Part shown: one piece after another, positions 12,901 through 47,157 of the stretch
How the letters are laid out: each line of letters begins with the position of its first letter
Numbering within the stretch: position 1 is the first letter of the stretch
NCBI GenBank assembly: GCA_964247055.1
Contig: OZ176054.1
Span: 6,572,001-6,636,000 of the forward strand
Direction: 5' to 3'
Length of the DNA stretch: 64,000 bases
Source of the DNA: Paragordius varius
Taxonomy: Eukaryota > Animalia > Nematomorpha
Notes under the pieces: generated by a model
Database searches by the model: none
The model's input: the letters and a program-made list of their open reading frames with translations, nothing else
What the model was told of the DNA's origin: nothing
Program-made: the position numbers and the translations under genes

Positions 12901-15900
12901 CCCATTTTCGGATAAAATTATTGTGGATCTGCATGTGAAATATTTTATATTGCGAAAAACCGCAGTTCTTTATTACACATTCGAGCGCATACCAACAGAC
13001 CCTTAAAGAAAATTTAGAATAATAAAGACTATATATAGATCATTTTAGATCCTATATGGTACTTGTTATTTATATTTGATTTTCAAACTAATTTGGTCGT
13101 TTTCAATTTTTAATCCAACCCTCTAATGAACATTTCATAACGCTGGAAATATTTATTTCATTTATATTTTGAGTGTTATTTTAAAATTTGATCAGATGGC
13201 AGTCTACAAAAATTAAATATGCCATATACATTAAATTACCACTGATCATCGCAAATTCACCCTTAAAATTTCTATTTAAAAATAAATTGTGTGGCCAAAT
13301 TACTGATAATTGAGATTAAATATTTGTGGTTGGCATAAGTTAACATTTTTCTGTTTCCTTAGTCTAGTTTTTAATTTAAACGTAAATATTTTTCAAATAT
13401 CTAAAAATATACGGGTTATCATGATTTTAAGTGCCTTGTTATAATTTTTTTGATACACATTGGCTCGTTTAAGCCATTATGGTAATGATTGGATGCCTGC
13501 TTTGAAAACACCTTGGACCCAAAAACTATGTTGTATATATAATCAATTTTTTTATTTTTATGTATAGAAAAGATATCGACGTTTCCATTGCTAAAATATT
13601 TTTTTTGAGTTATCAACCGGAGCCTATGATCACGAATGGTGAATGGACATCTTATCTGGCAAAATTTTGTAAATATGCAAAAGCCAATTATGCTCTGTAC
13701 AAGGAAAACATGACTCAGGAATGGGATGCCAATGTTTTATTTACAGGGTGAGAGTTTAATTGAAATATGTGCCACACCATATAAAACAATTTATTTAGTT
13801 TAATGGAAATAATATATAAAAATATACATATGGATATGTCAAGGATACATTTTGTTTTTTTTACATTTTTTAAGATTACTAGCAAGGATTAAAAATTCAT
13901 GTATAAATTGAATCATTACTGAATTTCATAATTCTTCTCAATATAGGGATAATCTATTTAAAAGTCTTGTCGTTATGTTATGACATATTAAATATATTTC
14001 ACTTGAAATTTAATTGCCTTTTTACGTATTTAAACAGTTTGGTAGATTGTTATTTTAGCTGCTATCAATTGATCTTTTCTGCAGTGTAAATATTCATTTT
14101 GATTCGCAGAGTATTAATATTTTAGTGCTTATAACTACATAGATTATTTTTTGACAAAAAGACAGACTTTATAATAAATCGTTATACAACTATTATAGTT
14201 TAATGTTTATTTTTTTAAACCTAGAGTGGATTTATGGGGTACAGATCAAGATACCAACATAGCAGGTGGTGCTAACCTCAAACAAATGTGTCAAAAGGGA
14301 TGCGCAATTGTGGAAGCCATGAGTTATGCGGCTGAAATCATAGGTGCCCATGAAATTGGACATTTGTAAATATTCTCTTAAAACAGGGGCGTTTAAGATA
14401 AATGGCTTCGCGGGCGCCGCATTTTTGACTCAGTATGGGCATATAAATCTAAAATATAAGCCTGTTAAATGCGAACACAATGTATCATTTTTTTCTAGTT
14501 CGTTGTCAATTGAATAGATCGTATAGAGAAATTATTAAAAATTATAATCTAATATAAACATATTTTTGCAAATTATGGTTCCAATGATTTTCACAGTTGA
14601 AAACCCCTGTCTTATATTAATTACATTTAAAAATACCCTAAAAAATGTTCAAGTTATATACAAATATTTAAATTATAAAAGACTTGGCTTTGATCATGAT
14701 ACGCCAAAATGCTATGGAGACTTCAATTATATAATGGGTGGAAGCGGGGATAATTTTCAGGGTTGGTCACCGTGTTGTAGGAAGCTGTTTTTAGAGAGTT
14801 TATCCACCAATCTTAAATGCTTGAAGAAACCAGTGGCAACCTTAGAAAGTGAATACGCCTACCACGAACTTTCAAAACCAGGCATCAATATCACACTCAA
14901 TGAACAATGTCAATTCATGCATGGGTCAAGTGCTGGCGTAAGTCTCACCTTTAATGTCAAAGATTTGAATAAAGCTAACCCATGCAAAAGTACTTATTGT
15001 TATGCACGGTCCACGAAGGAAAGTATATATTTATGGGGGTTGGATAAGGCGCTGGAGGTAATCATTCACATAAGAAACGTTTGATAAACTACTATATTTT
15101 ATATTTAATAATCATTTTAGGGCAGTTACTGTGGTGTAAATCAATCTCTTTGGTGTCAAAATCAAAGTTGTGTTCCCTATCCCGAGGATTTCATAGCACC
15201 GGTGACTGATGGTGCGTGGGGCCCGTGGAAACCTTATTCCTCATGTCAAAAATGTTTTAATGTCTCGTTTGAAAAATGGATCCGCGTTTGCGAAAATCCG
15301 TACCCAAATTTTGGTGGAAAACTCTGCAATGAAAAGATGCAAGAATTTGCGTATGTTCAATGCACATCTAAAAGAGTAGGTTTTTTTCTAAAAAAATTTA
15401 CTACTTAAACTCAAATTTAATCGTGAATATCCTCGTATTTTTGAATATAATTAAGTTATCAAAAGTATATGCTTATTTGTTTGATTTATTAATAGATTTC
15501 CGAAAATGTCTCTTTAATATATATTTAAAAAGTTAAAAATATATTTTTTATATCTATCCGCAATCCCGCTCCGTGCCAACCCGCATTTGGACACATAATT
15601 CTGTTTCGCAACTAAATACTTTAGTTTTTGAAACACTTATATAAGAATATATTTTAACTGGCTACTTATTTGTATATATCCGCAAATTGCTGGAATCAAA
15701 ATCAAAATTGTTAAATCAGAAACTAATCAAATCATACGACCCTTGTAAAATTTTGATCAAATATTTATCTATTTTTCATGCGGAGGAATAATTTTTTATA
15801 AATTATTATATGTGTTTGCAATATCTCATGGTAATAAACGGATGTTTTTAAACGCATCTATGTGGACTATCATAATGCAACAAACTTCAAAACATTAACT

Positions 15901-17606
15901 ACGCTAATATAATTAAGCATTGCCATTTTTATTTTACGGTTAACTTCGCTTTTAGGAATTCCGCGGATTTCAAATTTATTTTTGGCTCCTTCACATATTT
16001 TTTTTAAAAAAACCGTTCGAAAACCAATTTTTTGGTTCCGGTTTCATTTACTTATATTATTTTAAAACATTATGAAATATTGGCAAAAAGTGTGATATTT
16101 TTATCGATCTAATTATAATTATATTTTTTAAAATAAACAACAATGGATTAAGTTTGGCAATAACCACGTTTGATGCCTGAGAATTAATTTACAAACGAAA
16201 ATATCAATTTTTATACCATTTAATTTGTTTAGATGAAGATTGAACCCTGTAGACAAAGCGAAAATTTGAAAGAACGCACCAAAAATTGTCTTAAACACAA
16301 ATTTAAATACAAGGAATGCCGTATATCTTGCACCGTCAACAAAAGTAAATTCTTTATCAAATCATGACCGATTTGTAAGATTCAGGCATTAGTGTTATTC
16401 TATTCTGTATATCATCAAAAATAAGATTAAATATCTAATACTAACCTTTTCCTTACTTTTATCATGTCACATTATTTGTTAATAGAGGGATCCTATACTT
16501 TTCTCACAATCCCGAACGGGGTTACTTGTGATAAAAATAAATATTGTTTTGAAGAGCAATGCATTAATGTTAGAAAGTACACGGCATTGACACCACGGCT
16601 AGATGTTTTAGCGACTAACATTTATAAAACTGGTTTCGTAATTCCCAAAGACAAAAGTTTGTTTGTTTCACCTCCGGAACCACCCCCTCGTAGTACCAAG
16701 CAACCAATTACAGCTTTAACTTATAAAAATTTTAATTATAAAATGGATGGAAACAGTAGTGATGAAAAGAGTTTCGTCTTTTTCGGAAGCGTTGGTATCA
16801 TTGGCTTACTATGCGCTTCTCTAGGTATGTCTAAAAAGATTTAATTAGAAATTATACAGACAAAACGTACAAAAACATAAGACAAACATTTTTTGCAAAA
16901 AATCGCTGTAATTTTTAAACTTGATTTTTATAATAAAAACCATTGTGTTGCAAAGTATGAAAGTGTAAACTAACACAATTAATTATACATTTAACAATTT
17001 AATTAATTGATTTTATGTAGGAAAAAAAAGTTTAAAAGGTTTAGTTGTCTTTTGAAAAAAACATCTGTCTTTATGTTTTAACGTTTTGTTTGTATATAAT
17101 ACTTTCAATTTGCTGTATATTTGGCAACTAAAAATTTGTCGAAGGCTTATAATAAAAATTGTTTATTTTCATTTTCGTGTTGTTAAGGAACTCTTCTTTA
17201 TCGCCGACGTCAATTGGACTACGAATTAAATGCTGAGCGTTGGACTCAAAGTAGCAATTGGTGGTGGAAATCTTGGTATGCTAATACCTCAAATTTTGGC
17301 CCGGGGTCTCAACCCACATCCCCTTCTCCATTTCAAGGGATTGAAGAAATGCAAACACTTTCTCTTTCCTCTGATGCCATCAATCTTGAAGCGGAAAATT
17401 ATTCAAAATATCAACAACAACAACAACAACAATATGAGGAATATTATCATATGAATAAGGATGAGTATCAAGAGACTACTGACGGTTATAGTTATGAACA
17501 ATATCAACAGGATACTCAGCCATCCTACTATTCTCAAGCCTACAACAATGCAAACTATCATGAATACAGTGGTGTGGATACCCATAATAATTTAAATTAT
17601 AAATAA
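9990..17606 (+). CDS. ADAMTS-like M12B zinc metalloprotease (prodomain, catalytic, disintegrin-like, one TSP1, Cys-rich) with C-terminal transmembrane helix and cytoplasmic tail, ~919 aa
   Basis: Model join(9990..10098, 10134..10591, 11678..11834, 12506..12719, 13568..13747, 14225..14365, 14682..15057, 15121..15375, 16233..16344, 16486..16824, 17188..17606) = 2760 nt with consistent phases. Zinc motif HEIGHLLGFDHD is split by the 14366..14681 intron. Also present: Met-turn NYIM, ADAMTS-type LFHHPSLG, EQCQFMHG, TSP1 DGAWGPWKPYSSC..C...R.CENPYPNFGGKLC, and TM SFVFFGSVGIIGLLCASLGTLLY followed by RRR. The first exon (signal-like peptide, 35-nt intron) is the weakest part. Confidence 0.88.
10987..11438. 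mobile_element. 452-bp element with perfect 92-bp terminal inverted repeats carrying the hammerhead; probably Penelope-like / retrozyme-derived
   Basis: 10987..11078 is the exact reverse complement of 11347..11438. The hammerhead abuts the right arm. Lies within intron 10592..11677 of the protease gene. Confidence 0.7.
11308..11350 (+). ncRNA. Minimal type I hammerhead ribozyme
   Basis: GTCGTA (stem I 5', 11308-13), CTGATGA core (11314-20), stem II GTGCT-aaca-AGCAC (11321-34), GAAA (11335-38), palindromic CTAG, TC, then TGCGAT (stem I 3', 6 bp with two G-U pairs). Predicted cleavage is after C11344 (GUC triplet). Matches the minimal hammerheads described in Penelope-like elements. Confidence 0.85.
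14384..14609. mobile_element. Probable hAT-type MITE in the protease intron that splits the zinc motif
   Basis: Ends CAGGGGCGTTT / AAAACCCCTG; 8-bp flanks TCTTAAAA and TCTTATAT (6/8 identical, degenerate TSD). Confidence 0.55.
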
Positions 17607-18363
17607 ATAATTATTTGAATTGCTTAACTAATACAAAATTAATTGTTTTTTTAGTATATGAGTTCATTTTAATCCAGAATAAATTATTTTGATGGATACA
17701 ACTTAAGAAATCGAAAAAAATTTAACTTTTAATAGTTTTCATATCTAGTTGTTACAAACATTTTTTAATAAAGTTTTTGAAGTCAAGCTCTTCCGTGTAA
17801 AATTAGGGTCTAAAAGTGCCACTCCCAAATGGTCTGGTTTTGGGACAATTCGGAAAACATGTAGGCCCATTCAAATTCAATAATATTTTTTGTTTATTTC
17901 ATATGCACCAAACATAATCGGATCACTTTTTAAATTTAGTCCCTATATTTAGCCGCTCCTCTGGTAAAATGACATTTTTTCGAAAGTCAATATAAAAAGC
18001 ATATTTCGCCTAATATATAAGATCAAAAGTGCTTTATGGTATATCTCGTATAAAGGCAAAAGTGGTGGCCCAGCTCTATTAAATTCACTGATACTGCATC
18101 CTGTGTATTAAATAAGCCTCCAAACATAAGTGCTGTGATTAACATTTTTTTATGTTTATTGCAGTAAAATATAGATGGATTAATAAATGATATCGTCGAC
18201 TACAGCTAGTAGTTAATAAAAGAATTTTGGCATACATAAAAGTTTAACATCCTAATTATAGGCGTCCTTCAATTGAAACACATGTGCATTGGTTTAAAAA
18301 CTCACAATAATTATTTTCTTCATTATATACTTTTTTTTACAAAAAAATAATTTTAATTTAATA

Positions 18364-29401
<11,038 letters not shown>

Positions 29402-29757
29402 TCCGACATAGAATAATTTACAACAGAGTTACTCTGTTTTTACTACATTAAAAATAACGATAATCATATAAAATAAATAAATTTTTATAATATCACTGTA
29501 AAGAATTATGCCCAGCTAATTTTGAAGATTTGACCCAAGTGTAATGAAAGTCCAGTTACCATTAACACCTAATAAATAAATTTAATTAATTTAAAAAATT
29601 TTAACATTCTAGAAATCAAAAATCTTTATGTATGTCCAGTAAAAATTAAAATTAATCAAGGACAAATAAATTATTTATAAATATAACCATATTATACTCC
29701 GCCTAAATTAATTATTACAGGTTATCGTTTTGGGCTTATTATATTTCTAGTATTCAA

Positions 29758-40142
<10,385 letters not shown>

Positions 40143-40419
40143 ATGATTTTTTACAACTGTTAAAATGTTTTTATCTCATACATAAAGATAAAATTCATAT
40201 AAAATTGGCATTATTTTTATCATCACCATTTTAAATTCAAAACATCTTAATTGATAGTTTTATTAAATTCTAAGGCTAAAATTTAAGCTTATAAAATAGA
40301 GCCATAAATAGAATAGATAAAATAATGATGGAATTGGCCTTATTTATTTAACACTCCGTTTGTTTTTGGGGTAGTTTTATAGCCAGGAGCGATTGGTAAT
40401 TTGAATATCCCATAGTTAT

Positions 40420-43400
40420 TAAGCCGAAATTAAAAATAATCTTTCTTTAGTCATTTAGGCGCATTGTACAATTTTATTTGGAAAATTGTAAAAAAAATCT
40501 TCATCTCAAACTTATTTGCCCCCATTTCTTTCTCTTAAATATTTTAAATTCGCTAACGCAATAGGCAATAAGTATATTAAGGTAGAAAATGTAAATTAAC
40601 TTTAGGGACCTTTGCTACTTTTTAACACTTTTACAACATATTTCAAGTCTTTCGATTCAAAGAGGGTTAAATTCCAAAGGTATAAATTTAGCTAACATGA
40701 CATGGTATAAGTTAAATATAGAAATAATCCAAAATATACCACTTTTTCTATTTTAAATCAAGGTTAAATTTTAATTTTTAGCATATAATCAAATAAAAAT
40801 TATATTTTGCAAAAGTTAAATTAAAATGACGTCCAACTAGTTAACTAAATATGGCTTATTTTTTATTAGGATAGAAGCATAAATTAAAATTAAAACAGTT
40901 GTTTTCAGTAGTTTTTTAAAAATATTAAATTATAAATTTGGGGTTTTTAGATACACCAATTCTGTTTTGCAGCTGTCCCAATTTTAGAAGCTAAAAGTCA
41001 CAACTGTGAATAACCTCTTTTATCTAATACATGAAAACATGTTTGATAATTAAATTTTTAACACTTCGATTCAAATTGGGGTATCTAAATACGCCAGACT
41101 AAATTTAAATTAATATTTTTAAAAAACTACTGAAGGAAACGGTCCCAATTTAAAGTTATGCTTCTATCCTGATAAATATTATATAAATATGCCAAAATAT
41201 CTTAATAAATTTTTGTTTTGAAAAAAAAGCTTCATCTCAAACTACTTCGACGCCATTTTTATTTTACAAAATTTTTGCAAAATATCGTCTTTATTTAATT
41301 TTAAGGGTAACTAAAGCTAATTTTTTATATAAATTACATCTAACATTGATAGAAATAGAGAAAGCCGTTTAGTTTGTATAATTTTCAATTTTACAATTTG
41401 ACACACGTCACGTTGACGAAATTTTTATCTTTCGGTTTTAGCTTAAAATAAGTAATATCAAGTCTTTTTGAATAAAATTTTTTTATATGTTTCGGTTTAT
41501 TAATGTTAGATAAGTGCAAAATTTTGCCATGGTTTTAATTCCTTATATATTTTTTAAAGAATATAATTTTAAACAGGCCTGGGGTATCCAACTACCCCAA
41601 TTTGAATCGAAGGATAAAAAGGAGTGTGTTGTATCCAAGTGTTCAAATAATTTTCAAAACTGTAGTCTATTTGGAAAATTAACCTCGTATAAAACTACCC
41701 TAAAAAGTAACTAGGACAAAAATAAAAAGGTAATCTATGGTTAAGATTGCACTTTTATTGTTTTAGGTTGTCAGAATATAATTAACACATGGATAAAACA
41801 CACTCATTTCAATCCCTTGATTTGAATTGGGGTTTTTGACGACCCCAATCTTGGTTTAACAAATATATGTGGAACAAATCGAAACAATTTCGAAGATACT
41901 TTTATAACATTGATGGACCGAAATATAAAAAAGATTTATTAAAAAAGCTTGATAATAATTAAACTATGGAAAATTCAAAGAGAACTTAGTTACCAAGATA
42001 TGTGTTGATTAACTTAATGCCAAAATAATGCAAATAAACCACTTTTTATGTTAATATGAATTTTGGATGTGATTATATAAATTAACTTTAATATTAGCGT
42101 TAAAATAAAAAAAACACGGTATTTTGCAAAAATGTTGTCAAATAAAAATGGCGTGGTAATAGTTTAATATAGAATTTTTTTTCAAAACTAAAGTTTATTT
42201 TAATATTTTGGCTTAACATAATTTATAATAGGATAGAAGCACAAATATATATTAGGACCATTCTATTGGGTAGTTTTTTAATAATACTGATTCAAAGATG
42301 ATCTGGTGTCTTTGGATACACAATTTAAATATAAGCGTTAAAAATTTATATTATTAAGCATAAAGCTAGCAGAAATAGCCCCCACCCCTTGTTTCCACTC
42401 TATGTAAATAATAAATAATTCAATATTTTAAGTGTGACAATTAAATACGAATAATTTGTTCCGCCTTCCAGGACTTCGAATCGGAACCCGCTACCGAGAT
42501 TTTAACTGCAACTACTTCGGATACCCAGTTCTAGTTCAAAATTTCTTGAAACACCCTGTTTTCATCAAATTCTTAGGAGCTAGTCCGGTTTCAATTCCTA
42601 CCTTTCAGAAACCAGCCGTTTTGATTCCACTCCAAAATAAGTGTTGTCATGTTTTTATTTAAAAATGAAATTCATTATAATTTAAATGTAATTGTATAAT
42701 ATTTTACCAATTTTCCATCAAAATGGAATGACCATCATAATTTTATGTTGTTTAAAATTATTTTTTATATATGATAAAAAAATTTCATACATCCGATAAT
42801 AAAATTTAGGTGACCATTTTTTCTGAATATCTATTTTTAATACTTGTAGTGATATAGAGGCATTATTTGAACAAAATTATTTTAAATATTGAATTAGAGC
42901 GCGTATATCGATTAATTAAACTTTGATATAACACATTCATTTCAGTCCTTTGATTCAAATTGGAGTCTTTGGACCCCAAGCTTGTTCAAAAAGTATTTGA
43001 AACAATGTGGAATAAATTGAAACCATTGCAATAGTTTGCACTTATATAACATTAATGCACTGAAATAATATTTATGTCAAAATATTACCTATTTCACTAA
43101 TAATTTACCCAATATGACATGTATCCAGTAATATAAAAATAATGCAAAATAATCCCTGTTTATATTAAGGTTGAATAGATTTTAATTTAAAATTTACATT
43201 AGTTTTAGCGTTAGACGTTGTGAAATAAAATGTCTTCGAAGTAGTTTGATATGGAACTGTTTCAAAACTAAATTTTATTTAGATTTATTTATATGCATAA
43301 ATTTAAATTAAAACCGTCCTTTTAAGTAGTTTTTTTAATATTAATATGACCTAATTAGCTACCCCGATTCGAATCAAAATATTTTTGAAATAATTTAAAT

Positions 43401-43420
43401 CATAAACTATAGCGTCTCAT
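40420..43420. repeat. Cluster of nested, degenerate inverted-repeat (MITE-like) copies of one family
   Basis: Recurrent motifs GATTCAAATTGGGGT / ACCCCAATTTGAATC, CATCTCAAACTA and CAGCTGTCCCAATTTTAGA in both orientations. A related copy lies at ~54170..54640. Element boundaries not resolved. Confidence 0.55.
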
Positions 43421-44845
43421 AAAGCATGATCAATTAATCGACCTCTTACATATTTTATTTTTGACAATCATTAAAGTAGCTACTTTATTTCCCCAGTTAA
43501 TAAAATTTTACATTTATAACACAGGGTATTTATTTTATTTAGAATGTTGTATGAAAATCCTTGGATAAAAAGTAAGGAACCATAAATTAATTGCCAAATA
43601 AGATTCCGGAACTGTTATATTTTTGCGGAACCAACCGGTTTCGGTTTATGTTTAAAACAACCCCGTATTACGTTGTTTACTTTAATGGAAATTAACTAAA
43701 ATTTGCAAGTATCATTTTGGTGCACCTTCGTTCTTTTGTTGATTTAAAATATTGTTGGATATGCCCAGAAAATATGTAATTGTAAATAAACTAACTTAAA
43801 CTGGGTGGTGGGGATATTATGTAAGAGAACATTATTATAATATAACAATAAGGCAACTTCTCAAAATAAAATTGGGATCACCTATTTGAACTGAATTGGT
43901 TTTCATAAGCTTTGCTTAATTTAATATTTTTAGCTATCAATGGTGTTTATATATTGTTTTAGGTACAAACTAAATGATAATTATTTGCAGCTTCAACATT
44001 CAATGGATTTTTTCCTCATATTAAAACCATTTTTATAGGATCATTTATGGTCTAAAATCTTTCCGTTGCTTAAAAGTCACGTAAATTGATATAGCACAGT
44101 GGAGTTTTCATATAAGATGTATTCTAACAATAGAGTAATTAGAATAATAGATTCAAAGATTAATGTTGAAAGCTATTCTTTCCGGAAAAAAAACTTAATA
44201 CTGGAGGGAAAGGGGCTAAATAGAAGGACTAATTAAAAATTAGGTACTTTCTACCTATTTTCAATAAATAATTTTTATCAATTTAAAAAGACCTCCCCGT
44301 TTGTAATTCCATCAAAACCTAGATTATAAATTTTTATAAATTTGTAGGGCACTTTCAATTTTACATGTATTATTTTATTTTTAAACTGGATAATGTGAAC
44401 TTTATGTAGGGCTTATTGTTAATTAGACCTATTTTTTATTTAATGCTCAGTTTAGGTAGAGTTAGATAAACAATGGATTTTTTAAAAAAATTGGTTTAAA
44501 AATATTTTGAAAACTCTTTTACAGAATGTGATTTAATGAAAGCGGCTGAATATATCAACTAATCCAAAACATTAACTCAACAATGATCGGCGCATTTATA
44601 TTTTTAAAAAAATAACCATTTTAGTTTTTAAAAAAACTAATCGAGAAAATTGCATGAAAATCTATTACATTTTTAAGCTATATATAGATTTATTATTTAT
44701 TTGCACGTGGTGAAATCATCAGTACAATGGATATTAAGATGTTTAAACTATTTTCAATTTTAAAATAATATAAAATAAAAGAACCATGAGTTGTGTAGTT
44801 GTATATGTAAGTAAATTAAAAATTAATGGGTATCAAACGAAACAG

Positions 44846-45112
44846 TTATACCCGGTTAGCAATATCCCCAATATTAATTTTATCTTCGGGTGTGGCATGA
44901 GCTTCGACCTTTTTAGCAATTTGTTTAAATTTTTCATCCCGTTCCTCTTCCTCTCGTTCTCGGGCCTTTCGAAGGTCAGGATCTTCATGTAAATCCTCCT
45001 TATTTTCTTCGTACTGTTTGGACAGCCGTTTTTTTTCTAGCTTTTGAAAGGCGACCTTATCATCGGGCAAATATTCGGGATACTTTTCACCCTTTTTATT
45101 GCTATCACTCAT
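44846..45112 (-). CDS. Small highly charged single-exon protein of unknown function (88 aa)
   Basis: ATG-initiated 267-nt ORF with GC clearly above the flanks and a non-random E/K/R/D-rich helical composition (EDPDLRKAREREEEERDEKFKQ). No family recognised. Confidence 0.55.
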   Translation of the reverse strand: MSDSNKKGEKYPEYLPDDKVAFQKLEKKRLSKQYEENKEDLHEDPDLRKAREREEEERDEKFKQIAKKVEAHATPEDKINIGDIANRV

Positions 45113-45939
45113 ATTTCAATGATTATTTATAGGGATATGTAGAAATAATTGGTTGTTAACTTGATTTGTATGAATGTGATGCGAACGAAATAAGGGTAAT
45201 TTATAAAAAACGAAAACGCGGATCGGGAAAAGGAATAAAATTGTATGATATATTTATTTTATTATTAAATTATTGGTATTATCAGAGCATGCATGATTCA
45301 CCTAAAATATCGGTTTTTTCTTTTATATGTTGTTAAAACAGATTCTTACCCTTACGAAAAAAATTATAAATAGAAATGTATCGATTTATATTTGTGTGCA
45401 TCCCGATGGTTTATACTTACAATTTTAATAAATAATACTATTTTATATATAAATTAATTAAATAAGCCGATTAAGCAAACATCTGTGTAATATTTAACAT
45501 AATTTATTTGGTAAAATAATTGTATATGATAATTAACCAATAACGGGGTTATCTATCTCTGTCTTGCATAGAAATATATTTTGATTAACCTGCTACATGG
45601 CTCATCCAAACCAAAACTTTTACAAAAACTTTCTTTAAAATATGTATTTTTGCAACTTTTTAATAATATATATCAGGGGCCAAACGGTCCAGCGAGGTTT
45701 CAAAACGTAAATCGCCTGAAATGAAAAATAATGTAAAAAATATTTTGGTGTCTTGAAAAAAAATGTAAAAAATATTTTTGTGTATTGAAAAGATTTGCTA
45801 ATAAAAATTTATATTTATCTATTAATTTATTCAATTTATTTAATCATATGTCATTGCATCATTTTGATTTCCTTTAAAAATAATTTAAATTTAGCGAGAA
45901 AACAGAAGCAGACCTAAAAATTATATTTTATATGATAAA

Positions 45940-46198
45940 CAAATCAATCACCATATGTACTAACAAACGATTTCAAGAGTCTTTTTCTTATGATAAGTGC
46001 CGCAAATGTACTTTTTCAGGCACAAATTTTGATATGATTATTGAAGGATAAAAATAAGACGCTAGTTTTTGTCACACTCTATTTGTGTGTGTTTGTCGGT
46101 GAATGTCAGATGAGCAAAATGGGTTCTATGTCACAATAATCGTCTGCATACTTTTCGCTGACCTACTCTAAGCTAAACCGTCAACTTGGCTACACCTG
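45940..46198 (-). mobile_element. 5' fragment of the same mariner family
   Basis: On the minus strand: TIR-like CAGGTGTAGCCAAGTTGACGGTTT, 5' UTR similar to the 24.4-kb copy (TCAGCGAAAAGTA.G.AGA), and N-terminal SKFVPEKVHLRH. Confidence 0.7.
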
Positions 46199-47157
46199 TT
46201 TAAATGTGGAAACTTTGGAAAATGATTCAACAGCGAAACGTTTTCTATGATAAAATATTTTATATTGTTTATATTGACATTTGTTATATGTTAGCTGACC
46301 AAATTCAGAAGATCATTTTCAGGATTTTTAGAAGCCTAAACTAAATGAGCAAGTTGGTTTTAAAGCCACATATGATTTATGTATCCAAAAAATGTAATAA
46401 AAGAACATTTTGTTCACGCTTTGAATATTGAGCATCATAAAGTAAAAATTTAATCATCTCAAACAATTTTGAGAAAAGTCATGATTAATGCGACGAATAT
46501 AAATTTTGCGCAACTAAAATTTAAAATTATTTTACGCTAGTATTAACACATTTTCTTTAATCATCTCAATTAGTAAGAATGTGTGATACGGCTTTTCACA
46601 TATAAGCTATAAATTTCACTGACACTTTCCAACAGCAATAAAGATTTTGCTGGAAAGAGTCTTAAATAATTTTCGTAGCTTAATTATTTATTTCGAATAT
46701 TCTATCATATATTGCCGTTAATCATTTTTATGAGAGTTAGGCATATTGCAAATGGTAAAAGTGGAAAAGGAGCGGCATTCTAATTACGTGGACAAACTCA
46801 AGCTTTGATTGTGTTCTCTATATTGGCCTCTAAATTTAATAAGAATTTTAAAAAATGAAGGAAGCTTCAAAGATGGACCCATACCTTAACTAATTTTAGT
46901 ATTTCCAGATTAATACATAATAATCGGTTCAGAAATTTGATCGGAAAATTTATACATCACTGCTAAAATAGCTTTAATGCTAAAAATAATGTTAACTTGT
47001 TAAAAATTAGGGACTGGAACCCGAATGTCTTTGTGGAATAAAGTGATCGGCTTTTTTAGAATCAGCCGTAACCGTGGTTTCCCACGGTTTAAAAAATATT
47101 TTTTTTTATTTTTAAACTCAAAAGTTTTTATCAGAAGAAAGTGACACCAACACAATG

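Noticed and set aside
44700-44740. Other CTGATGA / CTGACGA matches (27274, 25029, 44718 minus, 7215 minus) as further hammerheads
   Set aside because: None is followed by a stem II and GAAA with a closing stem I.
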